A stretch of 63,496 nt of DNA, counting the filler, from Octopus bimaculoides (lineage: Eukaryota), in the NCBI RefSeq assembly GCF_001194135.2. It is 5 parts of 5 records of this genome, joined end to end, with 100 filler letters (N's around TTAATTAATTAA, not from the genome) between each part and the next. Parts side by side here need not be neighbours in the genome. Positions count along the whole stretch, not along the records: positions 1 to 27,672 come from NC_068987.1; positions 27,773 to 53,423 come from NC_068982.1; 3 more parts are not named here. One strand, written 5' to 3'. The notes below the pieces were generated by a model. It was not told the DNA's origin and did not search any database. It saw nothing but the letters and a program-made list of their open reading frames with translations. Of the stretch, positions 21,277 to 34,254 are shown piece after piece. The translations under genes were made by a program, and so were the position numbers. Each line of letters opens with the position of its first letter. The stretch's first letter is position 1.

Positions 21277-21597
21277 AGTCTCGGAGAGACTATATCTAAA
21301 GAAGAAAAAAGGAATGGGTGGGCAAGGATGGAATGCCTCTTTCAACATAGATCTGTTTCATCAAGATTGACTTGGGGGTTAAAGAGGGGATGGAGCTGAC
21401 AAGGGCTAAACAACAACAACAACAACAATTGGATCTTTGTGGTTTTCGTCACTGTTTACAATTTTCTTCCAATTGTTTTCAAATTTGGTAAATGAATTAA
21501 GTTTTGTCTACTAATTATGAAAATGAAATTCATTTTCCCTATAAATCCATAATTAAAAAGCTATTAATCTTTAAAATTTGCAAAATTTGGATATTTT

Positions 21598-21719
21598 AGC
21601 CAATCAGAAGCAAGTATTTTACATTTCACCGTGTCGAAAATTTCTATTTCCATAGTAACCAAAGCAAAGAGGCACTATGGGTTGCATAGCTGATTGCGAA
21701 GAATTGTTTCCATAGTAAC
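21598..21719. promoter_or_regulatory. CCAAT box plus two RFX X-box motifs (candidate ciliary-gene promoter)
   Basis: AGCCAATCAG at 21598-21607; ATTTCCATAGTAAC at 21646-21659; GTTTCCATAGTAAC at 21706-21719; both fit the X-box consensus RTHNYY-WT-RRNRAC; unique sequence. Confidence 0.55.
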
Positions 21720-21814
21720 AAAAGATGCAGTGCATGTGCACAAGGATGAGGAGGAGATACGAAAAAGATGATATATTTTATAAAACCCTAGTTTAATTCC
21801 AGTTCATCCGATCA

Positions 21815-22090
21815 ACGGAACAGCTTGCTCGTGAGATTAACATGCAAGTGGCTGAGCACTCCACAGACACATGTATCCATTCACATACTTCTCAGGGTGA
21901 TTCAGCATGACACAGAGCGTGACCCGGCTGGCCCCTTTGAAATGCAAGTACAACTCATTTTTGCCAGCTGAGTGGACTGGAGCAACGTGAAATAAAGTGT
22001 CTTGCTCAAGGACACAACATGGCACTGGGAATAGAACTCGCAACCCTATGATCACAAGCCTAACACCCTAACCACTAAGCCACGTGCCTT
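21815..22090 (-). mobile_element. SINE family C, near full length
   Basis: Reverse strand has tRNA-like head (TGGCTTAGTGGTTAGGGTGT..GGTTGCGAGTTCTATTCCC) and the family C body. Confidence 0.8.
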
Positions 22091-22094
22091 CACA

Positions 22095-22298
22095 TCTGTG
22101 AAATGTAATGCTTGGTTATTCACATTGTTTTGAATTAATCCTGTATTATCTCCATAGCTTTGAGATTTCGATGATGTGATTGTTTATATTTAGAATGACA
22201 ACGTAGGGTAGGTGTGAGAGGCTGGATCTGGCCAGTTTGAACATAAAACAAGTAGAATATTCCAGCTGGATATGGTGGGATTAAATATTAAAGGGTGA
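22095..22298. mobile_element. Possible piggyBac-type MITE remnant
   Basis: Ends ..AATATTAAAGGGTGAA, resembling a GGG|TTAA terminus; left terminus missing. Confidence 0.35.
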
Positions 22299-23039
22299 AT
22301 GTACTAAGAACATTTTTTTCTTTCTTTCTTTTACTCTTAATCCATGTTGCTGAAATTCAAGTCTGTTTAAAATGCCTGTCTGTCTTTTAAGCCATCAAAT
22401 ATGGTAAAGCAGACAAAGAAAATAATAATTATAATGTTAACAACTATTTATAGACATTTTAAAACATTGATAACAAAAACAAGAACAAAAGCCACAAAAA
22501 AATTAACAAAACAACAAAAAAGACATTTATAATAAAACCAAATTTTTCAGTTTTCAAATTCAAAATCAACATCATATCAACATATTGAAACTTTTAGCTA
22601 GAAATTCTAAAACTTCAATTAAACTATTTCATTCACTCAATACATTAAATGAAAATATTTTCTTTACTTTATTTCAGAAATGGAAAATAAGAAGAAAAAC
22701 TGCCAAACAAACATTCACAAATGGTTAGCCCTGATGGAATTATTTTGAATTATTTGAGGTTTTTCAATTTTTATGTCCAAGGTTTGTTATTTCACTATTG
22801 AAGAAAAGATCTAAATGAAAGTTTGATGTAATGAACCATTCATAGATTTGGTGTGCTGGTATAAATTTATAAATGGTGTAGCAATTTACTTTTCATCATA
22901 TTTCTTTCATTTGCTATCTTGGAATCTCGAAATTCTTGCATTGGAATTAATTATATGACATTATAAACATTATTGATTGAGGAAGAGGAGAGGAGTATTT
23001 TCAGAGAAAAGATGTATTTTGTTTCATTGGAGAAACTTA

Positions 23040-23158
23040 CCATCAAAATAACAACAGCAATAGCAACAACGACAATGGTGGTAGTGGTGGTGGTCGTCGT
23101 TGTGGTCGTACCAGTCGTTGTCATGGTGGTGGTGGTGGTGACGATGACGACAACGACA

Positions 23159-23192
<34 letters not shown>

Positions 23193-23324
23193 GGAGGAGG
23201 AGGAGGAGGAGGAGATTAATAAATAAAATTATAAACCATTGAAAAAACAGTTTCCTTTTAAATTCTGTTCTGATTAACAGCGGAAATGTTGCTCTTTTGT
23301 TACTTATTACTATTAATATTATTA

Positions 23325-23362
<38 letters not shown>

Positions 23363-23462
23363 ATTATTATCATCACCTTTATTATCATTGTTTCATTATT
23401 ATCGTTATTATTATTATTATTATCATTATTATTTCATTACTATCGTTATTTCATTATCATCA

Positions 23463-23499
<37 letters not shown>

Positions 23500-23506
23500 C
23501 AGTATT

Positions 23507-23546
<40 letters not shown>

Positions 23547-23605
23547 CATTATCGTTATTTCATTATAATCATTATTTCATCATCATCATCATCAACATCA
23601 TTATA

Positions 23606-23652
<47 letters not shown>

Positions 23653-23655
23653 GTA
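23040..23655. repeat. Compound trinucleotide tract (GTG/GTC/GAT/GAG then ATT/ATC)
   Basis: Direct reading. Confidence 0.95.
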
Positions 23656-23994
23656 CATTTAATGTAGTTATGTGTTCATTCATGTCATACACTATGATAC
23701 CTAGGTTTAATTTATTTTTAGAATTGTTTTTCTGCTGTATTTTTTCTGTTTTTTTTTTAAACTGGTTTTTTTACTGTGATTTAACATTTCATTTTGAGAA
23801 GGACTGAGAAGAGAGCAATNNNNNNNNNNNNNNNNNNNNNNNNNNNNNNNNNNNNNNNNNNNNNNNNNNNNNNNNNNNNNNNNNNNNNNNNNNNNNNNNN
23901 NNNNNNNNNNNNNNNNNNNNNNNNNNNNNNNNNNNNNNNNNNNNNNNNNNNNNNNNNNNNNNNNNNNNNNNNNNNNNNNNNNNNNNNNNNNNNG

Positions 23995-24645
23995 GGGGGG
24001 GGGTGAAGCTGTTTGATAAGAGGAGGACTGAGTATTTGACGGGGATGCTGGGGTTGGAGGAATCGGTGGAATGGTCGACAAGGGTGAATGGAGTGAGGTG
24101 GTATGGGCATGGGTTGAGGAGGGATGAAAAGCATGTTCTGAGGAGGGTGATTGCGTTTGAGGTAAATGGAGCATGAAAGCGAGGTAGACCGAGAAAAAGG
24201 TGGAGGGTACAGGTGGAGGAGGAAATTGGCAGGGTTAGTTTGAAAAAGGAGGACGCCCAACACGGGAGCCAATCCGTGGCCCTGGCAACGATCATGCTCG
24301 GATGTGCTATTACCGTTCCACTGGCACGAGTGCCATTCAGGTGGTACTGTCATCGGCCACGTCAGCGATTTTGATTTGTTTACACTTGCCTCAATAGGTC
24401 ATCGCAAGCAAAGTTCATTGTCCAATGAATGAGGAGTACTGATAAGTGGGCTGGTTACACCCCACGTTCGGATATGCTTTTAATATTCCACTGGCACAAG
24501 TGCCAATCAGGCAGTACTGTCGTCGGCTACGTCAGCAATTTTGATTTTGATTTCACTTGACTGAATAGGTCTTCACAAGCAAGGTTTTTTGTCCAATGAA
24601 TGAGGGGTATTCATAAGTGGGCTGGTTACACCCACTGGCATAGGC
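23995..24645 (+). mobile_element. RTE-clade LINE 3' fragment (second family) with duplicated 170-bp 3' UTR block
   Basis: Frame from 24000: GVKLFDKRRTEYLTGMLGLEESVEWSTRVNGVRWYGHGLRRDEKHVLRRVIAFEVNGA*KRGRPRKRWRVQVEEEIGRVSLKKEDA (RWYGH and RGRP..W motifs); direct repeats 24316-24465 and 24486-24635. Confidence 0.85.
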
Positions 24646-25149
24646 AATCCCAAAATACAACAATATACAGAATATACAACAATATAAAGAAGAGAGAGAA
24701 TGTTATATTAAATCTCTGAGCAAGATATAAACAGCAGCAGTACAGAACCGTAACATATATTTGCCAACCAAGTGTGGTGTCCTATACAGGACAGTGCTAC
24801 TGATGTTTATAGCCCCAGAAAGACATCTCCTCCAGCTGGCTAATGACACACATTCTGTGTCTGATTAGTATTTGTGAGGGGAGGTCATCGCTCCCATCTC
24901 TAGCCTTACATGATACACATGGACTCGAGTTTCTGGGTAGTTACCCGTCCTCAGCATATATTAATCACCAGCTAGTGATTGAACCTCATTCCACTTGCAA
25001 ATTACTATATATTTTTCTAGCAACTCACTGTTGCTGATTTCGTAGAAGAGAGAGAATATTATATTAAATCTCTGAATGAGATATAAACAGTAGCAGTATG
25101 GAACCACAACATATATTTGTCAATGGAACCATAACATATATTTGCCAAC

Positions 25150-26652
25150 TATGTACACCCCTAAAAAATTTCAGTAAAATTGCCATTACTCTGACAATAT
25201 CAAAGGAAATCAAATGAAATTTATACTGAATAAAATATATTATACATGCAAACATTATACAAATTTGGAACACAAAACAATAAACATTCTCAAAGATATG
25301 AACGAAATATTAATTTTCAAACGATACAAAAATATGCACACTCTAAAAGATTATTTGCTATATTCAATATTTGGTGTGACCACCCCTGCTTTCAATGACT
25401 GCATTTGAGTCTTCTGGGCATAGAGTCAACTAAATTTCTGCATATAACCGATGAAATCAACCTCCATTTGTCCTGAATGATGTCTTTCAACTGTGTTACA
25501 TTGCAGGGTTTTTTTCTCCTCAACCTTCCTTTTCAAAACACCCCACAGATATTCTATCGGGTTTAAATCAGGTGGCATGGTAGGCCAAGGTATTACCTTT
25601 ACCTTTTTATCTGACAAAAACTTACTCGTCATCTTTGAAGTATGTTTAAGGTCATTATCGTGCTGGAACATGAAATGTCTTCCTAGCTCCTTGATGCTTT
25701 TCAACATTGTTTTCTGCAATATGTCACAATAACGCTTTGAATCCATTGTTCTCTCAACACACCAGCCGCACTCATGCATCCCCAAAGCATAACAGTTCTG
25801 CTACCATGTTTCACAGTAGACACAGTGCATTTGTCCCTATTATCTTTACCTAGTTGTCGCCCTACTCATTTAATTCCATCTGATCCAAACAAGTTGATTT
25901 TAGTCTCATCTTTATTCCAAAACTCCTTCCTCTTACTCACATGGGTTTCAGCAAAAGAAAGACAACTTGATTTATGCCTGGTACTGAGAAGAGGCTTCCT
26001 ACAAGGAATCCATCCATGAAGACCACACTGGTTCAAACTTCAGCAATCTGTTTGGGTGGATACACTCTTTTCACTAACAGAAGACACTTCTTGGGCCAAA
26101 AATGAAGTGGTACAACACCTGTCGTCCATCATGCAATGTTGGATGTGGCAAAGATCATGCACAGTTAAAATAGGTCAACCTGGATGATATTTACTGCTTA
26201 GCCGTTCAATAGTTTTGTACTTCTGAATTATGTTGACAACTGTGTTTATTCCAATGTGTATTCGTTTGCTAATTAATTTGTATCCTAAACCATTCTTGTG
26301 CAAATTGAAAATAGTTTTCTTCAAATCTGCAGACAATTCTTTTCCATTTGGTACCATTTTAATCACAAGGAAGAAGATTTTCACCACGATACACAAATCA
26401 GAATTCCTGCAGATGCAATAACAATGACCAGTGCAAAATGCCAGCAGAAATAATTTATTAGAATTGAAATTATTAGCAATATCTGAATTTAGTAAAAAAA
26501 AAAAAGCGGATGAAATATTGAATACAGCAAATTTCCTTTAGGGTGTACATATTTTTGTAACATTTGAAAATTAATATTTCGTTCATATCTTTGAAAATGT
26601 TTATTGTTTTGTGTTCCAAGTTTGAATAATGTTTGCATGTATAATATATTTT
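25150..26652 (-). mobile_element. Decayed Tc1-family (DD34E) transposon with long IR/DR-type TIRs
   Basis: ATG 26357: MVPNGKELSADLKKTIFNLHKNGLGYKLISKR (HTH); RKPLLSTRHK..FWNK-DETKINLFGSDG; TVKHGSRTVMLWGCMSAAG; FQHDNDLKH..WPTMPPDLNPIEYLW (34 residues between D and E); LVDSMPRRL/AVIESRGGHTKY* stop 25364-66. Left TIR ~25150-25372, right TIR 26513 into the gap at 26653; motif TATG(T/C)ACAC(C/T)CTAAA at both outer and inner positions. Stops, frameshifts and a short deletion present. Confidence 0.92.
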
Positions 26653-27247
26653 NNNNNNNNNNNNNNNNNNNNNNNNNNNNNNNNNNNNNNNNNNNNNNNN
26701 NNNNNNNNNNNNNNNNNNNNNNNNNNNNNNNNNNNNNNNNNNNNNNNNNNNNNNNNNNNNNNNNNNNNNNNNNNNNNNNNNNNNNNNNNNNNNNNNNNNN
26801 NNNNNNNNNNNNNNNNNNNNNNNNNNNNNNNNNNNNNNNNNNNNNNNNNNNNNNNNNNNNNNNNNNNNNNNNNNNNNNNNNNNNNNNNNNNNNNNNNNNN
26901 NNNNNNNNNNNNNNNNNNNNNNNNNNNNNNNNNNNNNNNNNNNNNNNNNNNNNNNNNNNNNNNNNNNNNNNNNNNNNNNNNNNNNNNNNNNNNNNNNNNN
27001 NNNNNNNNNNNNNNNNNNNNNNNNNNNNNNNNNNNNNNNNNNNNNNNNNNNNNNNNNNNNNNNNNNNNNNNNNNNNNNNNNNNNNNNNNNNNNNNNNNNN
27101 NNNNNNNNNNNNNNNNNNNNNNNNNNNNNNNNNNNNNNNNNNNNNNNNNNNNNNNNNNNNNNNNNNNNNNNNNNNNNNNNNNNNNNNNNNNNNNNNNNNN
27201 NNNNNNNNNNNNNNNNNNNNNNNNNNNNNNNNNNNNNNNNNNNNNNN

Positions 27248-27299
<52 letters not shown>

Positions 27300-27576
27300 C
27301 AGCAGCAGCAGCATTTTAACATCCACTTTTCCATTCTTGTAAGGGTCACATGGAATTTGGTGAGGTAGATTTTCCATGGGCAAATGCCCTTCCAGTCACC
27401 AACTGTCACCTGATACTATCAGTTTTCATCTACCAAATCTACTCACAAGGCCTTGGTTGACCCAGGTTTATAGTAGAAGACACTTGCACCAAGGTACCAC
27501 ACAATGGGACTGAACTTGAATCCATGTGGTTGGGGAGCAAACTTCTTACCACACAGCCACTCCTGCACATATACAT

Positions 27577-27654
<78 letters not shown>

Positions 27655-28271
27655 GAAGAAAAGAAGGGTAAANNNNNNNNNNNNNNNNNNNNNNNNNNNN
27701 NNNNNNNNNNNNNNNNTTAATTAATTAANNNNNNNNNNNNNNNNNNNNNNNNNNNNNNNNNNNNNNNNNNNNTAAAAGCTCGTGATAATGAACATGTAAT
27801 GGTTAACCTTTGAAAGTCATGTTAATGTTTTTCGAATTCGATTCATACATTTTTTTGTCTTTTTGAATGGCAAAGTTAATAAAATAAAAAGGAGGTAACA
27901 GAGGTGACCTCGTTCTGCAAGTCTGGCATTGTACCTAAATTAAGAACTATTATAATTTTGGGGAGCTGTTAAGGACGGGGGATTGGCTTAATCGTTAGGG
28001 ACGTCGAGCAGCATTCCATGCGTTATTTATTCTGGCTCCTTAAGTTTTGATTTCAAATCCTGCTGGGAGTGATAATGACTTTCACGCTCTCGTGGTTGAT
28101 AAAATAAATACCAACATGTGCTGAGGGATGAGTCGATCAACTAGACCAGTCTTGTACAAACATATGGTACTGCATCTATGTAATTTGGTTGCCTACATTA
28201 GGCAGGTGCCGTACAGCAAGAGATAAGTAAGCTTCTAGAAAGGGGAGCCCATCACTAGTCTTCGAACTCTA

Positions 28272-28520
28272 GTTATTCTTTCTTTTAGCTCCAGTCATTT
28301 GACTGCGGCCATGCTGGAACACGGTTTTACATGTAAATATATAGATAATATATATACGATGGGCTTCTTTCAGCTTCTGTCTACCAAATCCACTCACAAG
28401 GTTTTGGTCGGCCCGGAGCTATAATAGAAGACACTTGTCCAAGGTGTTACGCAGTGGGACTGAAACCGGAACCATGTGGTTGGGAAGCAAGCTTCTTACC
28501 ACACAACCACGCCGGCGCCT
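28272..28520 (-). mobile_element. SINE family B copy (internally shortened)
   Basis: Reverse complement of family B head/tail. Confidence 0.75.
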
Positions 28521-28609
28521 AGCTGAAAACATTTCACTTCTCTTATGATACACTATCATTGGTACAAGATTGTATTTCGTACGTTCACCTCTTATATTCC
28601 ATATTTATT

Positions 28610-28810
28610 GCTTTCAATCTTTGGCATTTGCAGGAGGGGTAAGTCGACTACAACGACCCCAGTACTTAAATGGTACTTATTTTACTGAGTTCGAAATGAT
28701 CAAAGTCAGAGTCGACCTCTGTGGAATTTGAACTCAGAACGTAAAGAACGGACGAAATGCCGCTAAGCATTTTGCCCGCTGTGCTAATGATTCTGCCAGC
28801 TCGCCGCTTT
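28610..28810 (-). mobile_element. SINE family A copy
   Basis: Reverse complement of family A core. Confidence 0.75.
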
Positions 28811-29923
28811 AAAAGAATCTATATTTATTCATTTAATTTATTTAAATTTGTGAAGAGCGTCGTTGGTTACAGGTTTCCAACGGCCTTACTAATCATCTAT
28901 TGGTTCACTGTGTTTTCGACGACGAAAGAAAGGTGAATCAAAGTCGAAGTAAACCAATATCACGAAGAGCTTCAGCTGTGAACACCGGCATTTTTAGTTT
29001 CTTGCTTATGTCTATAGCTTTCCTTAAACATACACACGACAGGCGTCGTTCAGTTTCTATTTACTGAATTCCGCTCACAAGCCAATCTGAAGTTACCGTA
29101 GAAGAGACTTTTCTAAGGTGCCGTACTATGGGATCGTCCTCGGAACCACTCGGTTGCAGAGCGAATTCCTTAAACTCACAGCCATATCTGGGAGACATGC
29201 TTGCTATTTTATTGTTTAAATAAAAGATTCTTTCCAAACACCAAAAACTGCTTAAAAACAAATTAATCAAATTACTCTTTCAATTCTAACCACCAAATTA
29301 GCTCTCTCTCTCTCTCTCTCTCTCTCTTCCTGTCTAGAACAATTCATGCATTGCTACTAATACCTACTATTCACTCATAGCATATGAAAAGCCAATTTAA
29401 ATAATACTCCGTCTTTGGTTCAGGCCCTTACTGCCATTAAAGCTTATCTAAACGGTCGAAGGTTTATCAGTGAGGCGACTGATGTATCTCATTTCACTGT
29501 AGTGGACATGGAAAGAAGTGCTTTTAGTAGAAGAGATGTACTCGAGAAACATGTAACGCCAGAAGGATTTATTGATAAGGTGTTAGATTGGTTAGCAGTA
29601 AAAGTAATATTCTATTTTATTCTAGCAACAGACATTCTATTCACTTCAATTATCTTATTTTAATGTAAAAGAATACAGTTGAAAGGTTGCTTCTACAAAG
29701 ACATTTCACCGAGACAGTGACTCCGGCATCATATCTTTTTAACCTGAAGTTGACACCCAGAATGAAATATTTAACAGAGGTTTCTCAGTTACCCTTATCT
29801 CGTGGCCGAAACCCAATTTAGAAACGTCAACATTTATCTTAACGTCTTGAGAGTAATTTCTTGGTTACAAAGCCATTACTGACAGAGTAGTTGAAAATAA
29901 CCAAAAACAGTCAGACCGAATGG

Positions 29924-29925
<2 letters not shown>

Positions 29926-30016
<91 letters not shown>

Positions 30017-30046
30017 AGAGAGAGAGAGAGAAAGAGAGAGAGAGAA
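29926..30046. repeat. (GA)n microsatellite
   Basis: Direct reading. Confidence 0.97.
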
Positions 30047-30834
30047 TATGAGAGAAAGAAAATGAAATTCACTAGACTCTTTATTCACTACGATCGTTTC
30101 GACCCATCATAAATCGGCACCTTGCATGTGAGTTTCTGTTTAGTGGCATATGCTCCCATACTGTTATCGACATCAGGTAGCCGAATACTGGGAACGGACT
30201 TGAAACAGTATACTACAAGGTGCATACCCGAATATAAAATTACAACTTTATATACACACACATGTGGCATTAGATATAATTTCTGAATTAGTTAATCGCC
30301 ACCTTACTAACTAAAAGCATATGTATAACCTGAACATAGGATTCCATTACTTTACTTAATTTCCTGCATATTTACTTAAGAAACTGAAAACTTGGTCTTT
30401 CAACAACTTGCTGAAAGCTTGTCTGTACAGGATAAATTAATACCTATTCTGTTGCAGAGGTGTGAATAATTACACGGATTTCTCAGCTTTAACATTGCAA
30501 GCACAAAACTGCAAGTGTAATAATGCCTCTCCTAACTGAGATAGATAGGTATATATTTCATCTGGCAGTAGCTCGCACCATGGCTAAATTAATAACATAC
30601 AGACACCGGATTTAATAGGAAAATTGGTGAGTACTATAGAAATCTTGAGCAAAGGTCTCTTCAACAGCCAGAGCTGAAGGTGAAGCTAACCTATAATAGC
30701 AAAGTTATTAAGGAAAGAGTGAACGTTACGCTTTTTTAATGATTTAGACTGTTCGAGCCTTCAGCACTAAGGCCGTGTTGAAACACCACCGTCGTGTATC
30801 TCATGTGTTATTGTGTATATCTTCTCTTTGATTC

Positions 30835-31004
30835 CATCATGAGACTGCGGTCATCCTGGAGGCATCACTTTTAAGGATCTGATTGAATAAATCAATTCCC
30901 GTACTTATTTTTAAATCTGGTAATTATTTTTTCAATTTCTTTCGTCGAACCGCTATGATACTGGTCTCATATAACCCTACAGCAGATGTCAAGTGATTGT
31001 AGCA

Positions 31005-31042
<38 letters not shown>

Positions 31043-31187
31043 TTCCATCTAACACATTCACTTGCAAGGCTTCGATCAGCTCGGATTCTAGTAAGATGAC
31101 ACTTCCCCAAGGTTCTATGCCGTGGGACTGAACTCAAAACCGTATAGTTGCAAAGCTAGCTTCTTCACCACCCGGCCATGCCTGCAC
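30835..31187 (-). mobile_element. SINE family B copy
   Basis: Reverse complement, internal (CA)n. Confidence 0.7.
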
Positions 31188-31686
31188 CCAATACATTACA
31201 TATACTGAAATGGAGAATCCAGGTACAGAAAAAATAAAATACAAAAAAAAAAAAAANNNNNNNNNNNNNNNNAAAAAAAAAGAGGAATTCAAACAAGATT
31301 CGAATGATAGGTAAGGCTTGTGCTGTCCGAAATCAATTGCTTTAAGATAACTCCTACTTTTTACTTGAAATATTTGTATAATATTTTGAATAACAACATA
31401 TGGTACAGTGTTCACCATTAGGTTTTCTACTATGAACTTGTTCACTGTGAAGAGTTCAGTATATTCCATACACCTACTTCTATCTAATAACAGAAAGTGT
31501 GCCGCCAACACCCAGTAGAAAAGATTAAAAACAGGGGAAATATAGAACAAAAACGCGACCAAAACCGCCCCCAAAAACATGAACTACTGACATAGCTACC
31601 TACCATTAGTCGGCTTTTAAAAGAATACGCGCATTTAATGCACGTATATACGTTTTGTGTAAATGTGTGTGTGAGGAAGAGAGAGG

Positions 31687-31727
<41 letters not shown>

Positions 31728-31728
31728 C

Positions 31729-31766
<38 letters not shown>

Positions 31767-32631
31767 CAGAGAGAGAGAAGTATGGGTGTGATAAATTAGG
31801 AGCCGACACCATAACGCAACCGATTTGTCGATTTGTGCTAACTTCGTTATAATTTCATTTCTAATTATTACCATAGGTGGCATTTGCGTCATACACACAC
31901 ACACACACACACATATAAAACTTAGAACATACATATATATATGTGTGTGTGTGTGTGTGCATGCACAGACAGACGGATACACACACATGCATACAATACT
32001 GTGCGCTTTTCTTCCCTCATCTTTTAAAATAGAGCAATTAATTTGGCGATTGCAACGATTCAGAGAGAAAATGCCACTCATAATGTGAGAAAAGAGTGCG
32101 GGTTAGGTTACCCATACACATCCACCCATCCGACGTCCATTTATTGCAAAGAGAGGCAGATCCTTGCAATTATCTGATAGGTCGACTTTTTAATTTCTGA
32201 GGCTACAATTTCGCACATACGTTTTAATGATTGTCAAAGCTAATTAATCTTTTCTTTTTTATCTTCATTTTTTTTTACTTCTTCTTCTGTCGGACCCAAG
32301 ACGGACGGGCATTTGAAGTACTTGTGGGTGATATCGCTAAGAAATCAGCCCTTTGGCACAAACAAATGGCTTGAGATAAGTTTTAGAAAGACTGTTGTTA
32401 ATAAAGGAAGTGAGAAGGTTTTTTTTTTGTTTTTTCTTTATAAGCTTTGTCTAAAATATTCAGAATTACGCACGTCTTTCACTAAAACTGTCATCCACCC
32501 CCATCACCTCTGTGTTGTTATCGTTGTTTATTGCTATACTGATTAAAAAATAAGCAACAGATCAAGTATTAAAATACAAAACAAAAGGAAAATATAAAAC
32601 CTTTGTGCGCAAACAAGAAGCTAAGAGTAGA

Positions 32632-33020
32632 TTTGGCTGTGTGGTTTAGAAGCTTGCCTGTCGACTACGTGGTTGCCGGTTCAGTTCCACTGCGCGGTAC
32701 CTTGGGCAAATGTCTTCTATTATAGCTCTAGACCTTTCAAAAACTAATGACTGATTTTAGCAGACAGAAACTATGTGGAAGCCGTCGTATTTATCTATAT
32801 GCGCGCGCGCTTGTGTGCATGTATGTGTGTCCCTTCCCCCAACCGTTTCACAACCGGTGTTGCTTTGTTTACACCCTTGTTATCTTGCTGTTCGCTAAAA
32901 GAGATCAAAAGTACCAAACTTAAAAAAAACTTTGCATTTGGGTTAGACTAAAACCCTTCAAGGCAGTGCAGTAGCATGGTCGCTGTCCAATGACGAAAAC
33001 AAGCAGAAGGTAAGACAATA
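32632..33020 (+). mobile_element. SINE family B copy
   Basis: TGGCTGTGTGGTTTAGAAGCTTGCC..CCTTGGGCAAATGTCTTCTATTATAGC..GCATGGTCGCTGTCCAATGAC. Confidence 0.75.
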
Positions 33021-33794
33021 AATTTCAGGTCAATAAATAAACCATTTCAAGGGCGGTAGATTAGCAGAAACATTAGACCGGCTTTTTACGTTCTGGGTTC
33101 AAATCCAGTCGAGGTAAATTTTGTCTTCCATTCCCACAGAGGTCATTCTATTTTGCAAGGCCGCTAAGTTACGGAGTTGTCAAGCGGTGGATGGGGCAAA
33201 CACAAACATAAAGGCACACACACATACACAAACACACACATGATGGGCTTCTACAGTTTCCATCAACCAAATATGAGAACTTTTGCAAAGCTAAAAGACT
33301 CCGTATAAAGTGAGAGAGACACATTGTTATGTGAAATTACACGTGATACTTATTTCTTTTCTTTACTTATTTCACTATACAATCGTATAGAATCTCTTTT
33401 CATTTATGTAAAGCTGGGGTTCTGGACCATATTTTACCTATGGATTCCAATTTTACTTGGGTGAACCCCAGGAGCCATTCGATGTTTAAAGAATCCTGTT
33501 CTTATAATATATTAAATATTATTAAGACTTGTATAAAAGTTGTTGAAATATTTTGTATTGTGGACGTATAACCAATTTATAGCACTGGTCTGAAGCGCAA
33601 TATTTTCCTGGCCCCAGAAAAGTTATCATGGATGCAAAATTTACTATATTTCATCTGGGAGAGAGTGAGACAGATAGATAGAAAACGGGGAAAGGGAGAA
33701 AAAGGGAAAACAGTATACAGTAGAGTCGTATGAAAAAGGCTAAGATAAACTTACTTGGAAATGGATGCGTGGCGTTCAATTAAATCATAATAAG

Positions 33795-33837
<43 letters not shown>

Positions 33838-34201
33838 CATATATATACATATATGTGTATGTATGCGTGTGTGTGTATGTGTGTGTGTGTGTGTGCGTAT
33901 GAATATTTCGTGTTATCCCTAGAAGCGATGCATGGTGCCAGAATTTTCGACTCGATTCAAATATTACAAAGTACTTCAAAACACACGTAAACATGCATGT
34001 ATGTATGTGTGCTTATTTGCTTGTTTGTTTGCTTGTGTGTGTATGTATGTGTGTATGTGTGTGTGTGTGTGTGTCCGCTTCTATCTACCAAATTCACTCA
34101 CAAGGCGAATGAATCCGAAACCACGTAGTTGCAAAGATAGCCTCTTAGCCACTCAGCCATATTTGCACCTATGAACGCGACGTTCTTATGTTGGGAATCA
34201 C

Positions 34202-34254
<53 letters not shown>

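Noticed and set aside
27717-27728. TTAATTAATTAA between N runs (also 53468-53479, 57461-57472, 61992-62003)
   Set aside because: Identical 12-mer centred in similar-sized gaps with stops in all six frames: a scaffolding linker, not biology.
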